Assembly (NCBI GenBank): GCA_040399745.1
Contig: JBBARP010000001.1
Span: forward strand, 298,617 to 362,616
DNA length: 64,000 nucleotides
Reading direction: 5' to 3'
From: Bdellovibrionia bacterium
GTDB lineage: Bacteria > Bdellovibrionota > UBA1018
In this document: piece after piece, positions 28,655 through 38,165 of the stretch
Layout: every line of letters begins with the position of its first letter
Numbering within the stretch: position 1 is the first letter of the stretch
Position numbers and translations under genes: made by a program
Notes under the pieces: model-generated
What the model saw: the letters and a program-made list of their open reading frames with translations, nothing else
The model's database searches: none
What the model was told of the DNA's origin: nothing

Positions 28655-29923
28655 ATGCGCAAACTCCTCCTGGCCGGTTCCGCGCTGCTTTGGATGCTTT
28701 CCGGGTGCTCTTCTGCGCCTCGGCCCGCTTCTACGCCAGAAGAAGCCGATTCCACAGATCTGAGCGAGGCTCAGGAGGCCACTCCCCAGGGGGGAGGCCA
28801 GACCGAGCCCATGGCCCCACCCAAAGGCGTGAAACGGCTCTGGGGTGTTCGATATCAAGGATTGATCACGGATCTGACTCCTGCCAGCCGGTCCGAGCGC
28901 ATCCTGGTCACGGTGGTTCCGGATTCTGAGCGCCCGGGCGCCGGTGAAAACCGGACTCTGCTCGTCGACGGTCGAGGTCGTACTTTGTGGTCGCGCCCCA
29001 ATTTCGCGCGAGTCCGCGCTCAGGCTTTGTCGCCAGACGGAAAGATGGCCGTCTTAGCCACCTACGACGACGAGCTTTTGGCCTTGGATTCCCGAGGAAA
29101 GCTGCTTTGGTCGCGGCCCGCACACTGTCGTCCCGTTCTCTTGTCCTCGAAATCTCCTGTGTTTTGCCATCAAGACGACTCGGTCCGGCCCGGGGTGGTT
29201 TACCAGTTGTTCTCGAACCGCTCGGGTCAGGAGATTCGGGTGTTTCCGGCCAACCGCGATCCTTTGATCGTGAAAGTGGCTGATGATTCGGGTGCCCTTT
29301 TGGTTGGGATGAGTGACGGAGAATTTTTGCTCTTGGATTCCAACTTCGAGGTGCAGCTTCAGAAGCGAGTGCCGCTCGATTGGCTGGATTTAGCGATTTC
29401 TAACGAGCTTCCCGAGGGCGGAAGAAGGATTCTGGCTCTGGGGCGCGCCAAGAAGGAAGCGGTTCGGGAGCTTCGGATCTGGGACCAGGCGGGTCGGGAG
29501 ATCGCTCAAAAAGGTTTGCCGGGATTCACCCCCGATGGCGTCGATTTTCTTGAGAAAGACTCCAGTCGAGTGGTGGTCCACGGAGTGGGTCCGCAGGGCC
29601 AAACGCTGATGGCGCTGGAGCGAGAGACGCTCAAGCGAGTCTGGAAGCGGACTTTGGGACGTGCGGGCGACGCGCTTCAGTCTTGGTCAACCGTCGGGAG
29701 TGCATGGGTGGCGGCCGCTCAAGACACTTCAGGGCAAGGTCGGGCCCATCGAATTCGCTTTCTCGGCTGGGATGCTCAGCGCGGTCGATCCTCATTCCGG
29801 TTTGAGGACGAAAACGACGAAGGCGCCTATGGACTTTGGTCCGTCTGGACCTCGGCAGGCCCCGCGCTTGCTGTCATCGGCGATTCGGGCGAACTTTCAG
29901 TGTGGGCTCCGGCTGCTCACTGA
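28655..29923 (+). CDS. Predicted lipoprotein with beta-propeller (PQQ/WD-like) repeats
   Basis: Lipobox LSGC; repeated DxxGxxLWS and LSPDG motifs. Confidence 0.7.
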   Translation: MRKLLLAGSALLWMLSGCSSAPRPASTPEEADSTDLSEAQEATPQGGGQTEPMAPPKGVKRLWGVRYQGLITDLTPASRSERILVTVVPDSERPGAGENRTLLVDGRGRTLWSRPNFARVRAQALSPDGKMAVLATYDDELLALDSRGKLLWSRPAHCRPVLLSSKSPVFCHQDDSVRPGVVYQLFSNRSGQEIRVFPANRDPLIVKVADDSGALLVGMSDGEFLLLDSNFEVQLQKRVPLDWLDLAISNELPEGGRRILALGRAKKEAVRELRIWDQAGREIAQKGLPGFTPDGVDFLEKDSSRVVVHGVGPQGQTLMALERETLKRVWKRTLGRAGDALQSWSTVGSAWVAAAQDTSGQGRAHRIRFLGWDAQRGRSSFRFEDENDEGAYGLWSVWTSAGPALAVIGDSGELSVWAPAAH

Positions 29924-29938
29924 AATGGGGTCAAAGCC

Positions 29939-30235
29939 TCAGCGGTGGAGGTGGCCCGTGACTTTTTCTTTGTGGGCGCGGAGCTGCTTCTCGAGCTTCG
30001 CAATGGCCTGATCGATCGACTTGTATAGGTCCTCGCTCCCTGCTTCAGCGAAGTAGTCCATGTGGTTTCCCACTAAGTGGACGTGAGCCACGTGCTCCCG
30101 GTTTTCGACCACGAAGTTCCAGCTGAGAGCGATTTTGCCCTGGAAATAGACCGCGAGTTTTTCACACTTCTCTTGGGTCACCGACTTGATGGCTTCGGTG
30201 GGTTCCATGTGTTTGAAGCTGAATCGAATTTCCAT
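29939..30235 (-). CDS. hpf: Ribosome hibernation factor (short HPF/RaiA)
   Basis: FKHMEPTEAI, EDLYKSIDQAIAKLEKQLR; downstream of rpoN; strong SD GAGGAGG. Confidence 0.92.
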   Translation of the reverse strand: MEIRFSFKHMEPTEAIKSVTQEKCEKLAVYFQGKIALSWNFVVENREHVAHVHLVGNHMDYFAEAGSEDLYKSIDQAIAKLEKQLRAHKEKVTGHLHR

Positions 30236-30320
30236 AGGGCCTCCTCATGCGAATGCAGCAGATGAGCAGGGTTCCAATGACACCCTGGTCTCTCTATTTT
30301 CCGCCTGAAGGAGGAGACCT

Positions 30321-31829
30321 TCAAATCATTTTCTTGCGCTTGCCGGACGACAAAATACCCAGCATATCTCGATACTTAGCGACGGTACGACGGGCGATTT
30401 CAATGTTGTCCGTGCGAAGAATCTCAACAATCCGCTGATCGCTCAGTGGGTTCTTGGGGTCTTCTTTGGACACCATCTGGCGGATTTTTTCCTTCACCGC
30501 TTCGCTGGCCAGTGAGTCGCTTCCATCGGCAGCATTGATCGAGGAGTTGAAGAAGTACTTCAGCTCGAAGATGCCGACCGGGGTGTGCACGAACTTGTTC
30601 GTCGTGACCCGTGAAATGGTCGACTCGTGCATGCCGATGTCGCTCGCGACGTCTTTCAGGATCATGGGCTTCAGCTGTTGAACGCCCTTTTCGAAAAACT
30701 CGCGCTGCCTTCGAACGATCGCTTCGGTGACTTTGTAGATCGTCTTTTGCCGATTCGCGATCGAGCGAATCAGCCACACGGCAGCCCGAAGCTTTTCTTG
30801 AACGTATTCCTTCGTGCCTTTGTTCTGCTCTTTTTTCGCCGAAGTCAGGATCTGCTTGTAATAGGGCGAAATACGCAATTTTGGCATTCCGTCTTCGTTC
30901 AGCACGATGACAAATTCGTTGGCTATTTTGTAAACGTAGATGTCAGGCGTGATGTACTGCGTGTCGCCTGAATGGAAAATGCGGCCCGGCTTGGGCTCAA
31001 ATTCCATGATCAAACGCGTCGCTTCAATCACTTTCTCGAGCGGCATTTGAAGCGCCTTTGCGACGGCGTTGTAGTTTTTCCGCTCCAGGTCCCCGAGGTG
31101 GCCATCGATGATCTTTTCCACCAACGGTTGGCGGGGATTCATGAAAGTGGCTTGAGTCTTCAAGCACTCTTGCAGGCTTCGAGAAGCCACGCCCACCGGA
31201 TCGAAGTTCTGGACGATTTTCAGCAGCTCTTCGGCATCTTCCAGTTCCATGGCCGTTTCACGGGCCAGGTCCTCGAGCGAGGCATTGAGGTAGCCGTCGT
31301 CCGACAGGTTACCGATGATGAGTTCGCCTAAGCGCCGCTCTTGCTGAGTCAGTCCGGTCGCCATGGAGAGCTGCCAAGTCAGGTGCTCTTCCAGGGAGGT
31401 GGTCTTGGTCAGCACGTTTTCGAAAGAGGGGAGTTCCTCGCTCACTTCGCGCATCGAGGGAGCCGAGCTCGAGTTGGAGTTGAACTCCTCGATGTAGGCG
31501 TCCCAGTTGAAATCGTCTTTACCGCTGACGAGCTGCTCTTCTTGCTGCTGGGATTGAGGCTTCGTGAAGGATTCTTCGTCCCGGCGCTGTTCGGCTTCCG
31601 GGTCCATGGGGCCTTCTGCCGATGCGGCTTCCCCTTCAGCCGACTGGGGAGTTTCCCCGTCTGGAGTTTCGGCGAGCTCTTCCAGGATGGGGTTCTCCAT
31701 CAGCTCCTGGTTGACCACTTCGGCCAGCTCCATGCGGTTCATTTGAAGCAACTTGATGGCCTGTTGCAGCTGGGGTGTCATCACCAGCTGCTGGCCGAGT
31801 CTCATCGATAATCCGAGGTTTTGTGCCAT
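30321..31829 (-). CDS. rpoN: RNA polymerase sigma-54 factor
   Basis: TPQLQQAIKLLQ, HESTISRVT, RpoN box ARRTVAKYR. Confidence 0.98.
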   Translation of the reverse strand: MAQNLGLSMRLGQQLVMTPQLQQAIKLLQMNRMELAEVVNQELMENPILEELAETPDGETPQSAEGEAASAEGPMDPEAEQRRDEESFTKPQSQQQEEQLVSGKDDFNWDAYIEEFNSNSSSAPSMREVSEELPSFENVLTKTTSLEEHLTWQLSMATGLTQQERRLGELIIGNLSDDGYLNASLEDLARETAMELEDAEELLKIVQNFDPVGVASRSLQECLKTQATFMNPRQPLVEKIIDGHLGDLERKNYNAVAKALQMPLEKVIEATRLIMEFEPKPGRIFHSGDTQYITPDIYVYKIANEFVIVLNEDGMPKLRISPYYKQILTSAKKEQNKGTKEYVQEKLRAAVWLIRSIANRQKTIYKVTEAIVRRQREFFEKGVQQLKPMILKDVASDIGMHESTISRVTTNKFVHTPVGIFELKYFFNSSINAADGSDSLASEAVKEKIRQMVSKEDPKNPLSDQRIVEILRTDNIEIARRTVAKYRDMLGILSSGKRKKMI

Positions 31830-31838
31830 GGAGTTTTG

Positions 31839-32603
31839 TCAGAGCTCGAAGTTTTCGCCCAAATACGCCGCCCGTGCAGTTTTGCTTGCCGCAATCTGCT
31901 CGGGAGTCCCCTTTTCCAAGATCTTACCACCGCTCAGGATATATCCCAAATCGCAAATCTCCAGTGTTTCTCGAACGTTGTGGTCGGTGATCAGGACGCC
32001 GATATGCCGCTTCTTGAGGATCTGGATCATGCGCTGGATGTCAGCCACCGCAATGGGGTCGATGCCAGCGAAGGGTTCGTCTAGCAAGAGGAATGCCGGA
32101 TTGAGTGCCAACGCGCGCGCCACTTCGACGCGCCTGCGTTCGCCGCCGGACAGCGTGAAGGCTTTTTGGTGAGCGATGGCGTTGATGGAGAATTCGTCGA
32201 GAAGGCGCTGGAGTTGGGCTCTTCGCTGCTCATTCGAGAGGGGCAAGGTTTCCAAAACCGAGGAGATGTTTTCCTCGACCGTCATGCGCCGAAACACGGA
32301 TGCTTCCTGGGGCAAGTAGGCAATGCCGCGGCGCGCCCTTTCGTGCATGGGAAGCTGGCTGATGTCCTCGCCATCGAGCAAAATGCGGCCTTCGTCCGGA
32401 CGGACCAGGCCGATGACCGTGTAAAAGGAGGTGGTTTTACCGGCACCGTTTGGGCCCAGAAGACCGACGACTTGGCCGGCTTTCACTTCGAAGCTCACCC
32501 CTTGGACGACGGGTTTCCCCTGATAACCTTTGCGGATGTCTTGGGCTTGAAGCGAACGGGTGCGAGGTTCACTCACGGGGCTTTTTTCCTTCGCTGAATG
32601 CAT
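31839..32603 (-). CDS. lptB: LPS export ABC ATPase; start could be GTG 32576
   Basis: GPNGAGKTT, YLPQEASVFR, LSGGERRRVE, DEPFAGIDP, ITDHNVRETL, YLGENF. Confidence 0.97.
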   Translation of the reverse strand: MHSAKEKSPVSEPRTRSLQAQDIRKGYQGKPVVQGVSFEVKAGQVVGLLGPNGAGKTTSFYTVIGLVRPDEGRILLDGEDISQLPMHERARRGIAYLPQEASVFRRMTVEENISSVLETLPLSNEQRRAQLQRLLDEFSINAIAHQKAFTLSGGERRRVEVARALALNPAFLLLDEPFAGIDPIAVADIQRMIQILKKRHIGVLITDHNVRETLEICDLGYILSGGKILEKGTPEQIAASKTARAAYLGENFEL

Positions 32604-33663
32604 TGCTGTTCTCCACCTCAACGGTGTCCTGGTCTCGGAGGATCCGAATCACGTCTCCTGTGATGGTATCCCGATCTTGATAAACCTGGGGAAACTCCCT
32701 GAGGGTGAACGTATTCGAGCGGGCTGCGAAGTCCGCCCTTCCGCCGGTGGCATAGCGAAGCGAACTTTGGTCGGTGCTGCGTTCCCGCACAAACACGTCG
32801 TTCCGCAGGGTCAGGAACTCGAGCTTGGTTCCTGAGGCGTCCACACCCGGCTGGCCGTAGCGCAGGTCGGCTGTCCGGGATCTGGCAAAGAGGTTGGTTT
32901 GTCGGATCTTCACGAATCGGTCTGCCAGGGGGCGGCCGGGAGACATGGTGAACTCGGCCAGCTGGTGCCTCCGGTCCACCCGGCACTGATCGCTCTCAAT
33001 TCGGGTTTTTCTTGGGTTCGGCGCGGGTTGTTCGATTTCAAAGCGCACGCTTTGAAGGAGTCGAACCTCGTCGTGTCCGAGATCAAAGCTCATCCCGTGG
33101 CTCGCAAAAGTGGTCTTGGTTCCGTCACGTTCAGAGCCAAATCCGGTGACTTCGTATTGAGGAGGAATACGAACGCTCTCCTCAGCCGGCAGATACCGCA
33201 GGTAGGCGCTCTGGGTCTCGAACCCGTCGGGAAAGCGCGCTTTCACGTTACCGAAAAGCTCGAGGTCGCGATTCTTCAAAAGGTACTGGCCTTCGTCGGC
33301 TTGGACTTCCGTAATCCGCCCCTCGCCGTCGTAAAGCTGAGCGACGACGCCCCGGGTGTGGACCAGCTGGCTCCGGTTATACATGAAGGCTTTTTGGGCG
33401 CGGATTTGCCACTGAGGCTTGCCCCGGTGGCTCGAAGCAAACCGGAAAGACTCGATCGTGTACTCCGGAATCTGGTTCCGCGGGACAGCGGGGGCCAGGG
33501 TCACTGCCGTTGCAGGAAGGCCGGTGACGGCTTCGGCTGTTAGCTTGACCGTCCGAACATCTTCTAGGAGCGCAGGCTTCAACACCAAAAGCTGCATCAT
33601 CACCAGCAGCGCGACGCTACCGAGAAGCCAGGGACGCAGCTTGCTCTTTGACCTGGAATTCAT
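32569..33663 (-). CDS. lptC: Extended LptC with C-terminal LptA/OstA-like region
   Basis: N-terminal TM, beta-jellyroll-like WQIRAQKA...LELFGNV, C-terminal PQVYQDRDTITGDVI; directly upstream of lptB. Confidence 0.78.
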   Translation of the reverse strand: MNSRSKSKLRPWLLGSVALLVMMQLLVLKPALLEDVRTVKLTAEAVTGLPATAVTLAPAVPRNQIPEYTIESFRFASSHRGKPQWQIRAQKAFMYNRSQLVHTRGVVAQLYDGEGRITEVQADEGQYLLKNRDLELFGNVKARFPDGFETQSAYLRYLPAEESVRIPPQYEVTGFGSERDGTKTTFASHGMSFDLGHDEVRLLQSVRFEIEQPAPNPRKTRIESDQCRVDRRHQLAEFTMSPGRPLADRFVKIRQTNLFARSRTADLRYGQPGVDASGTKLEFLTLRNDVFVRERSTDQSSLRYATGGRADFAARSNTFTLREFPQVYQDRDTITGDVIRILRDQDTVEVENSNAFSEGKKPRE

Positions 33664-33744
33664 CCCTTTGAGACTATCTCACCTTGGAAGGGATGCGTAG
33701 GGCGGTGTAAGGTTCGGGCTCAAACGAAAGCAGGGTCTCGGACT

Positions 33745-34803
33745 ATGGGCGTCGGACAATTCGAAGAGCGCAAGCGCGATCACATTCGTCACGCGTTGGA
33801 TTCGTCCAGCCAAGCCGAGGGAGCTACGGGATTAGACGCCCTGGTGCTTCCCCACGAAGCACTTCCAGACTTGGACTTTGCGGAAGTTTCTCTCGAAGAG
33901 CCCTGCTTGGGGCGCCTGATGGCGACACCCTTCTATATTTCAGGAATGACGGCCGGACATTCGGACGCGGTCGAGATCAATCGGCGTCTGGCTTTGGCTT
34001 GCGCCGAGCGAGGCTGGGGAATGGGCGTAGGCTCTCAGCGCCGGCAGCTCGATCACCCCGAGGCGCCCGAGCTCGACCAGTGGGCTGAGATTCGTCGTCA
34101 GGCTCCGGCTCTAGTGCTCTTCGGTAATGTCGGTATTGCGCAAGTGATCGGTGTGCCGGTCGATCGGCTGCGCCGTCTGGTGGACACTCTGGAAGCCCAG
34201 GCTCTTTGCGTGCACCTGAATCCGCTTCAAGAAGCGCTTCAGCCGGAAGGCACCCCGAACTTCAAGGGCGCTCTCGTGGCTCTCGAAAAACTTTGCCAGT
34301 CGCTCGAGGTTCCGGTGGTTTTGAAAGAGACCGGCTGCGGAATCTCGCGCGCGACGCTGAGGCGCCTGAAAAACATCGGTCTAGCGGCAGTGGATGTCGC
34401 TGGGCTGGGCGGCACGCACTGGGGGCGGATCGAAGGCGCTCGTGCTCGCGAGCAGGCTGGAGGCGAGAAGCAGTTCAAGGCCTCTTTGACCTTCGCCAAT
34501 TGGGGTATTCCGACTGCAGAAGCGGTAACTGCAGCAAAAGACAGCCTTTCTTCAACAACCGAAGTGTGGGCTTCGGGCGGCGTTCGCAGTGGCTTGGACG
34601 CGGCTAAACTGGTATCATTAGGGGCAAACCGGATAGGTTTCGCCCGCCCCGCTCTGGAGGCTGCTTTAGAAGGGCCGGACGCGATCCAGAAGTGGATGGA
34701 TCTGCAGGAATTTGAACTCAAGGTGGCATTGTTCTGCACGGGATCGAAAGATCCGGCTGAGTTGCGGCGGAAGGGTGAGGAATGGAAAAGAAGCGAAAGC
34801 TGA
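33745..34803 (+). CDS. fni: Type 2 isopentenyl-diphosphate isomerase
   Basis: RKRDHI, ISGMTAG, GVGSQR, HLNPLQE, KETGCG, GGTHW, SGGVR. Confidence 0.96.
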   Translation: MGVGQFEERKRDHIRHALDSSSQAEGATGLDALVLPHEALPDLDFAEVSLEEPCLGRLMATPFYISGMTAGHSDAVEINRRLALACAERGWGMGVGSQRRQLDHPEAPELDQWAEIRRQAPALVLFGNVGIAQVIGVPVDRLRRLVDTLEAQALCVHLNPLQEALQPEGTPNFKGALVALEKLCQSLEVPVVLKETGCGISRATLRRLKNIGLAAVDVAGLGGTHWGRIEGARAREQAGGEKQFKASLTFANWGIPTAEAVTAAKDSLSSTTEVWASGGVRSGLDAAKLVSLGANRIGFARPALEAALEGPDAIQKWMDLQEFELKVALFCTGSKDPAELRRKGEEWKRSES

Positions 34804-36077
34804 TGGAAGGTTTTCATCGAGCCACCCGAGAAGAGCGTCTGGCGCGTCTGCGGGAGTTCGCCGGCCTGACCGATCAGGACGTGAAGATTCTCTCGGGTGA
34901 GGTGAATTTCCCGATGGAGATCGCAGAACACCTGATCGAGAACGTCGTGGGTGTATTCCCCATTCCGCTCGGCGTAGCCACGAACTTCCAGATCGATGGC
35001 CGGGATGTTTTGATTCCGATGGCAGTTGAAGAGACCTCGATCATCGCGGCGGCTTCTGCCACGGCGAAATGGGTTCGGCAGGAAGGTTCGATCCGAACCT
35101 ATGCCAAGGGACGTTTGATCATCGGACAAGTGCAATTTCCGAGTGTGCGCAACGTGCAAGCTGCACGAAAGGTGCTGCACGATCAGCGCGATCAGTTGAT
35201 CGCGCTCGCGAACGCTTGCGTGCCGGGACTGGTGGCGCGGGGTGGCGGCATTCGGGACATCGCGATTCGCGAAATTCCGCGGGATGACGGCGAAGGCACG
35301 ATGCTTGTGCTGCATGTGCTTTGCGATCCTTGCGACGCAATGGGCGCTAACCTGATCAACCAGGTTTGCGAAGCTCTGAAGCCCAGGGTGGAAGAGCTCA
35401 CTCACGAGCGCGTGGGCCTCTGCATTCTTTCGAACCTCACCGACGGGAAACTGGTCGGTGCTGAAGTGATCATTCGAAATATCGATCCCGTTTTGGGTCG
35501 AGGAATCGAAGAGGCGACTCAGTTTGCGCGCTTGGACCCGTACCGAGCGACCACGCACAACAAAGGGGTCATGAACGGGATTGACCCGGTTTTGATCGCT
35601 ACCGGTAACGACTGGCGCGCGATCGAGGCAGGAATTCACGCTTACGCGGCTCGCAGCGGCCACTATCAGCCGATCACTCACTGGTCGGTGGAAGGTGGCG
35701 ATTTGGTCGGACGGATGGAAGTCCCGATGGCGGTGGGAACTGTGGGCGGAGTGACGCGCGTGCATCCGACGGCTCTCGTGGCTCTGAAGATTCTCGGCAC
35801 TCAATCGGCAGAAGAACTCGGCCGGATTTGCGCTGCTGTAGGCTTGGTCCAGAACCTGGGAGCGCTTCGCGCGCTTTCGACAGTGGGCATCGTTCGCGGG
35901 CACATGCAGCTTCATGCTGCCAACCTAGCCATTGCGGCTGGAGCTGACGTGCACGAGATCTCGCGAGTGCGCGATCAGTTGAATGAAGTGTTGCGGACAG
36001 ACAAAAAAATCAACCTGACGGTGGCGAAGGAAATCCTTGAGGCAATCCGTGTGGCCGAACGTTCCCGCGTTTTCTAA
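34782..36077 (+). CDS. mvaA: Class II HMG-CoA reductase
   Basis: ENVVG, AVEETSIIAA, DAMGAN, THNKGVMNG, GNDWRA, GHMQLH. Confidence 0.96.
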   Translation: MEKKRKLMEGFHRATREERLARLREFAGLTDQDVKILSGEVNFPMEIAEHLIENVVGVFPIPLGVATNFQIDGRDVLIPMAVEETSIIAAASATAKWVRQEGSIRTYAKGRLIIGQVQFPSVRNVQAARKVLHDQRDQLIALANACVPGLVARGGGIRDIAIREIPRDDGEGTMLVLHVLCDPCDAMGANLINQVCEALKPRVEELTHERVGLCILSNLTDGKLVGAEVIIRNIDPVLGRGIEEATQFARLDPYRATTHNKGVMNGIDPVLIATGNDWRAIEAGIHAYAARSGHYQPITHWSVEGGDLVGRMEVPMAVGTVGGVTRVHPTALVALKILGTQSAEELGRICAAVGLVQNLGALRALSTVGIVRGHMQLHAANLAIAAGADVHEISRVRDQLNEVLRTDKKINLTVAKEILEAIRVAERSRVF

Positions 36078-37071
36078 GGCACCACTTCAGGCCGGATCCG
36101 CGAGTTGCCCGGGGAAAATTTTCCTTTGGGGCGAGTACGGGATCTTAGCCGGATTACCGGCTTGGGTATTAGCCGTAGGGCCGCGTTTTCGGGCGAACTG
36201 GGGCGAACCATCTCCCGATTCATCTGCTTGGGCGGCGCATCCCGAAAGTCCCTTGGGGCGGCTCTTGTCGCGCTTGGAAGTGACCTCTTCGGAATGGTCT
36301 CTGCGTGTCTCGGAATTCCGGCGAAGTTTCGTCTTTCAGGATGCCCACTCCGGTTTGGGTGGGTTCGGGGGTTCCACGGCTGAATTCATTTTAGGAGCCT
36401 ACGCGCTTGGCTTGGTTTCAGAGTCGCCCTCTTCGATTGAAGAACTTTGGAGGATTTATCGAGAACTGCACTCAGTAGATGCGGTTCTGCCGAGTGGTGC
36501 TGATTTAGTCGCGCAGGCCAGCGGAGGCTGCGTGAAAGTGCGCATCCAGGGCGCGGATCAGGGGCTAGGTGGAATGGAGAGGGAAACCGTATCTCCGGCC
36601 TTGGCTGGTTCTTGTTTCCGTCTTTACTCGGCTTCGGGAATTCCTGGACGGAAGGTCGCGACTCATCGTCATTTGCCTGAGCTTCGCGACCGGGGATTTT
36701 TCGGAGTCGACTCTCTTCTGGTTCGAGCGTTGAAGCCCTGGTTGGATTCTGTGGCGCAAGCGATGAAAAGCGCAAGCCTGGGGAGTCCGCAAGAATTGGG
36801 TGCGCTCATCGATGGGATCGCTGACGCGCTTCACGGCTTGGGGCTTGAACATCCTTCCACTCATTTGGAGCGAAAAAAGCTTCGGTCCCTTCCGGGTGTC
36901 TTCGGAGTGAAAGGGCTTGGAGCCCTTCAGGCCGATGCGCTCTTGGTCCTTTGCAATCCTGAACCGTCCGTGCAAAACCGAGTAGATGCCGAGGCGCTAG
37001 GCTTGGGGCTTCGACCTGTCGCACTTCCAGTTTCATCCGAGCCTGGCCTCAAAGCGGAAGATCCCACATGA
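36037..37071 (+). CDS. Divergent GHMP kinase, probable phosphomevalonate kinase; start uncertain
   Basis: PGKIFLWGEY, GGFGGSTAEF, PSGADL, KGLGALQAD; mevalonate cluster context. Confidence 0.7.
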   Translation: MRQSVWPNVPAFSKAPLQAGSASCPGKIFLWGEYGILAGLPAWVLAVGPRFRANWGEPSPDSSAWAAHPESPLGRLLSRLEVTSSEWSLRVSEFRRSFVFQDAHSGLGGFGGSTAEFILGAYALGLVSESPSSIEELWRIYRELHSVDAVLPSGADLVAQASGGCVKVRIQGADQGLGGMERETVSPALAGSCFRLYSASGIPGRKVATHRHLPELRDRGFFGVDSLLVRALKPWLDSVAQAMKSASLGSPQELGALIDGIADALHGLGLEHPSTHLERKKLRSLPGVFGVKGLGALQADALLVLCNPEPSVQNRVDAEALGLGLRPVALPVSSEPGLKAEDPT

Positions 37072-38165
37072 ACCCACTCCCTGGAGCACGTTTTCGAGTC
37101 TATGCCCCGTCGAACATCGCTTTGGCGAAATACATGGGGAAAGAAGATGTTTCCGTCAATCAGGCGTCCAATCCCAGTCTGTCGATGACACTGGATGGCC
37201 TTCGGACTTGGCTCGAGGTTGATCGAACCGAGCAGCGTTCGGGGCAGACCCATTTTCAGTTTTTAGCAGAAGCTCCTGGAGGCTTGCCTGCCGCAGCCCG
37301 GGCGCCTGAGCTCGGCGAAAAAGCGGTAGGAAGATTTTTGGCTCATGCTGAAAGGGTGCAGAGTCGACTGCCTTCGCTCCTTTCAGGAGTGGGGCTGAGT
37401 GCGGGCCGTGTCGATGGGATGTCTTTCACCCTTCGGACGGCCAACACCTTTCCTGCTGCCTCGGGGATTGCCTCGAGCGCTTCGAGCTTTGCTGCCCTGA
37501 CCTTAGGGCTTGCTTGGGCGCAGTCTGATGATCCGGATGCGTTTCGGCGCGCGTGGGAGTCGTCGGATCGAACCCTGAGGCGTGCATTGGCTCGCCTTTC
37601 GCGGGAGGGGTCCGGAAGCTCTTGTCGTTCGATGGAGGGCCCCTTTGTTCGCTGGGAAGGAGAGAACGCTCTTCCCGTGGCTTCAGAGCTGGTGCCGCTC
37701 GCAGATCTCGTGATCCTGGTCTCCTCTCGGGAGAAAGAGGTCTCCTCGAGTCAGGCGCACTTGCGGGTGAAGACCTCACCCCTTTGGGAAGGGCGTCCTC
37801 AGCGAGTTCGTGACCGGGTGACTCAACTGGAAAGCGCTCTGAAGGCAGGGGACTTAAACCTGCTAGGACGAATTTCTTGGTCTGAAGCTTGGGAAATGCA
37901 CAGTCTGTTTCACACTTCAGAGGAGCCGTTCAGCTATTGGGCTCCCGAAACTTTGGCCATTCTCCAGTGGGTTTCTCCCGAGTTGAAGAAGGGTCGCCCC
38001 TGGATCGTCACTCTCGATGCAGGACCCAATGTGCACATTCTTTGTCCGCAGACCCAAGTAGCCGAGCTTCGGCAGGCGCTTGCAAGCGCCTTTCCTGCTC
38101 TCAAGGTTCTCGAGGACTCTCAGGGCAGTGGAGCAGGGCTCGTCTCATGGGGGTCTACCGTTTGA
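37068..38165 (+). CDS. mvaD: Diphosphomevalonate decarboxylase
   Basis: APSNIALAKYMGK, NTFPAASGIASSASSFAAL, GSGSSCRS, TLDAGPNVH. Confidence 0.94.
   Translation: MNPLPGARFRVYAPSNIALAKYMGKEDVSVNQASNPSLSMTLDGLRTWLEVDRTEQRSGQTHFQFLAEAPGGLPAAARAPELGEKAVGRFLAHAERVQSRLPSLLSGVGLSAGRVDGMSFTLRTANTFPAASGIASSASSFAALTLGLAWAQSDDPDAFRRAWESSDRTLRRALARLSREGSGSSCRSMEGPFVRWEGENALPVASELVPLADLVILVSSREKEVSSSQAHLRVKTSPLWEGRPQRVRDRVTQLESALKAGDLNLLGRISWSEAWEMHSLFHTSEEPFSYWAPETLAILQWVSPELKKGRPWIVTLDAGPNVHILCPQTQVAELRQALASAFPALKVLEDSQGSGAGLVSWGSTV

Noticed and set aside
30236..30320. raiA-motif ncRNA upstream of hpf
   Set aside because: The 85-nt spacer is much shorter than that RNA and I recognise none of its conserved sequence.
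34239..35915. 558-aa antisense ORF over fni/mvaA
   Set aside because: Shadow frame of well-supported genes with no recognisable motifs; expected from codon bias in GC-rich DNA.
37889..38146. Long N-terminal extensions in the ORF track (mvk, and likewise rimK, def, thioesterase and EamA)
   Set aside because: The extensions overlap neighbouring genes and precede the family N-terminal motifs; downstream starts were used.
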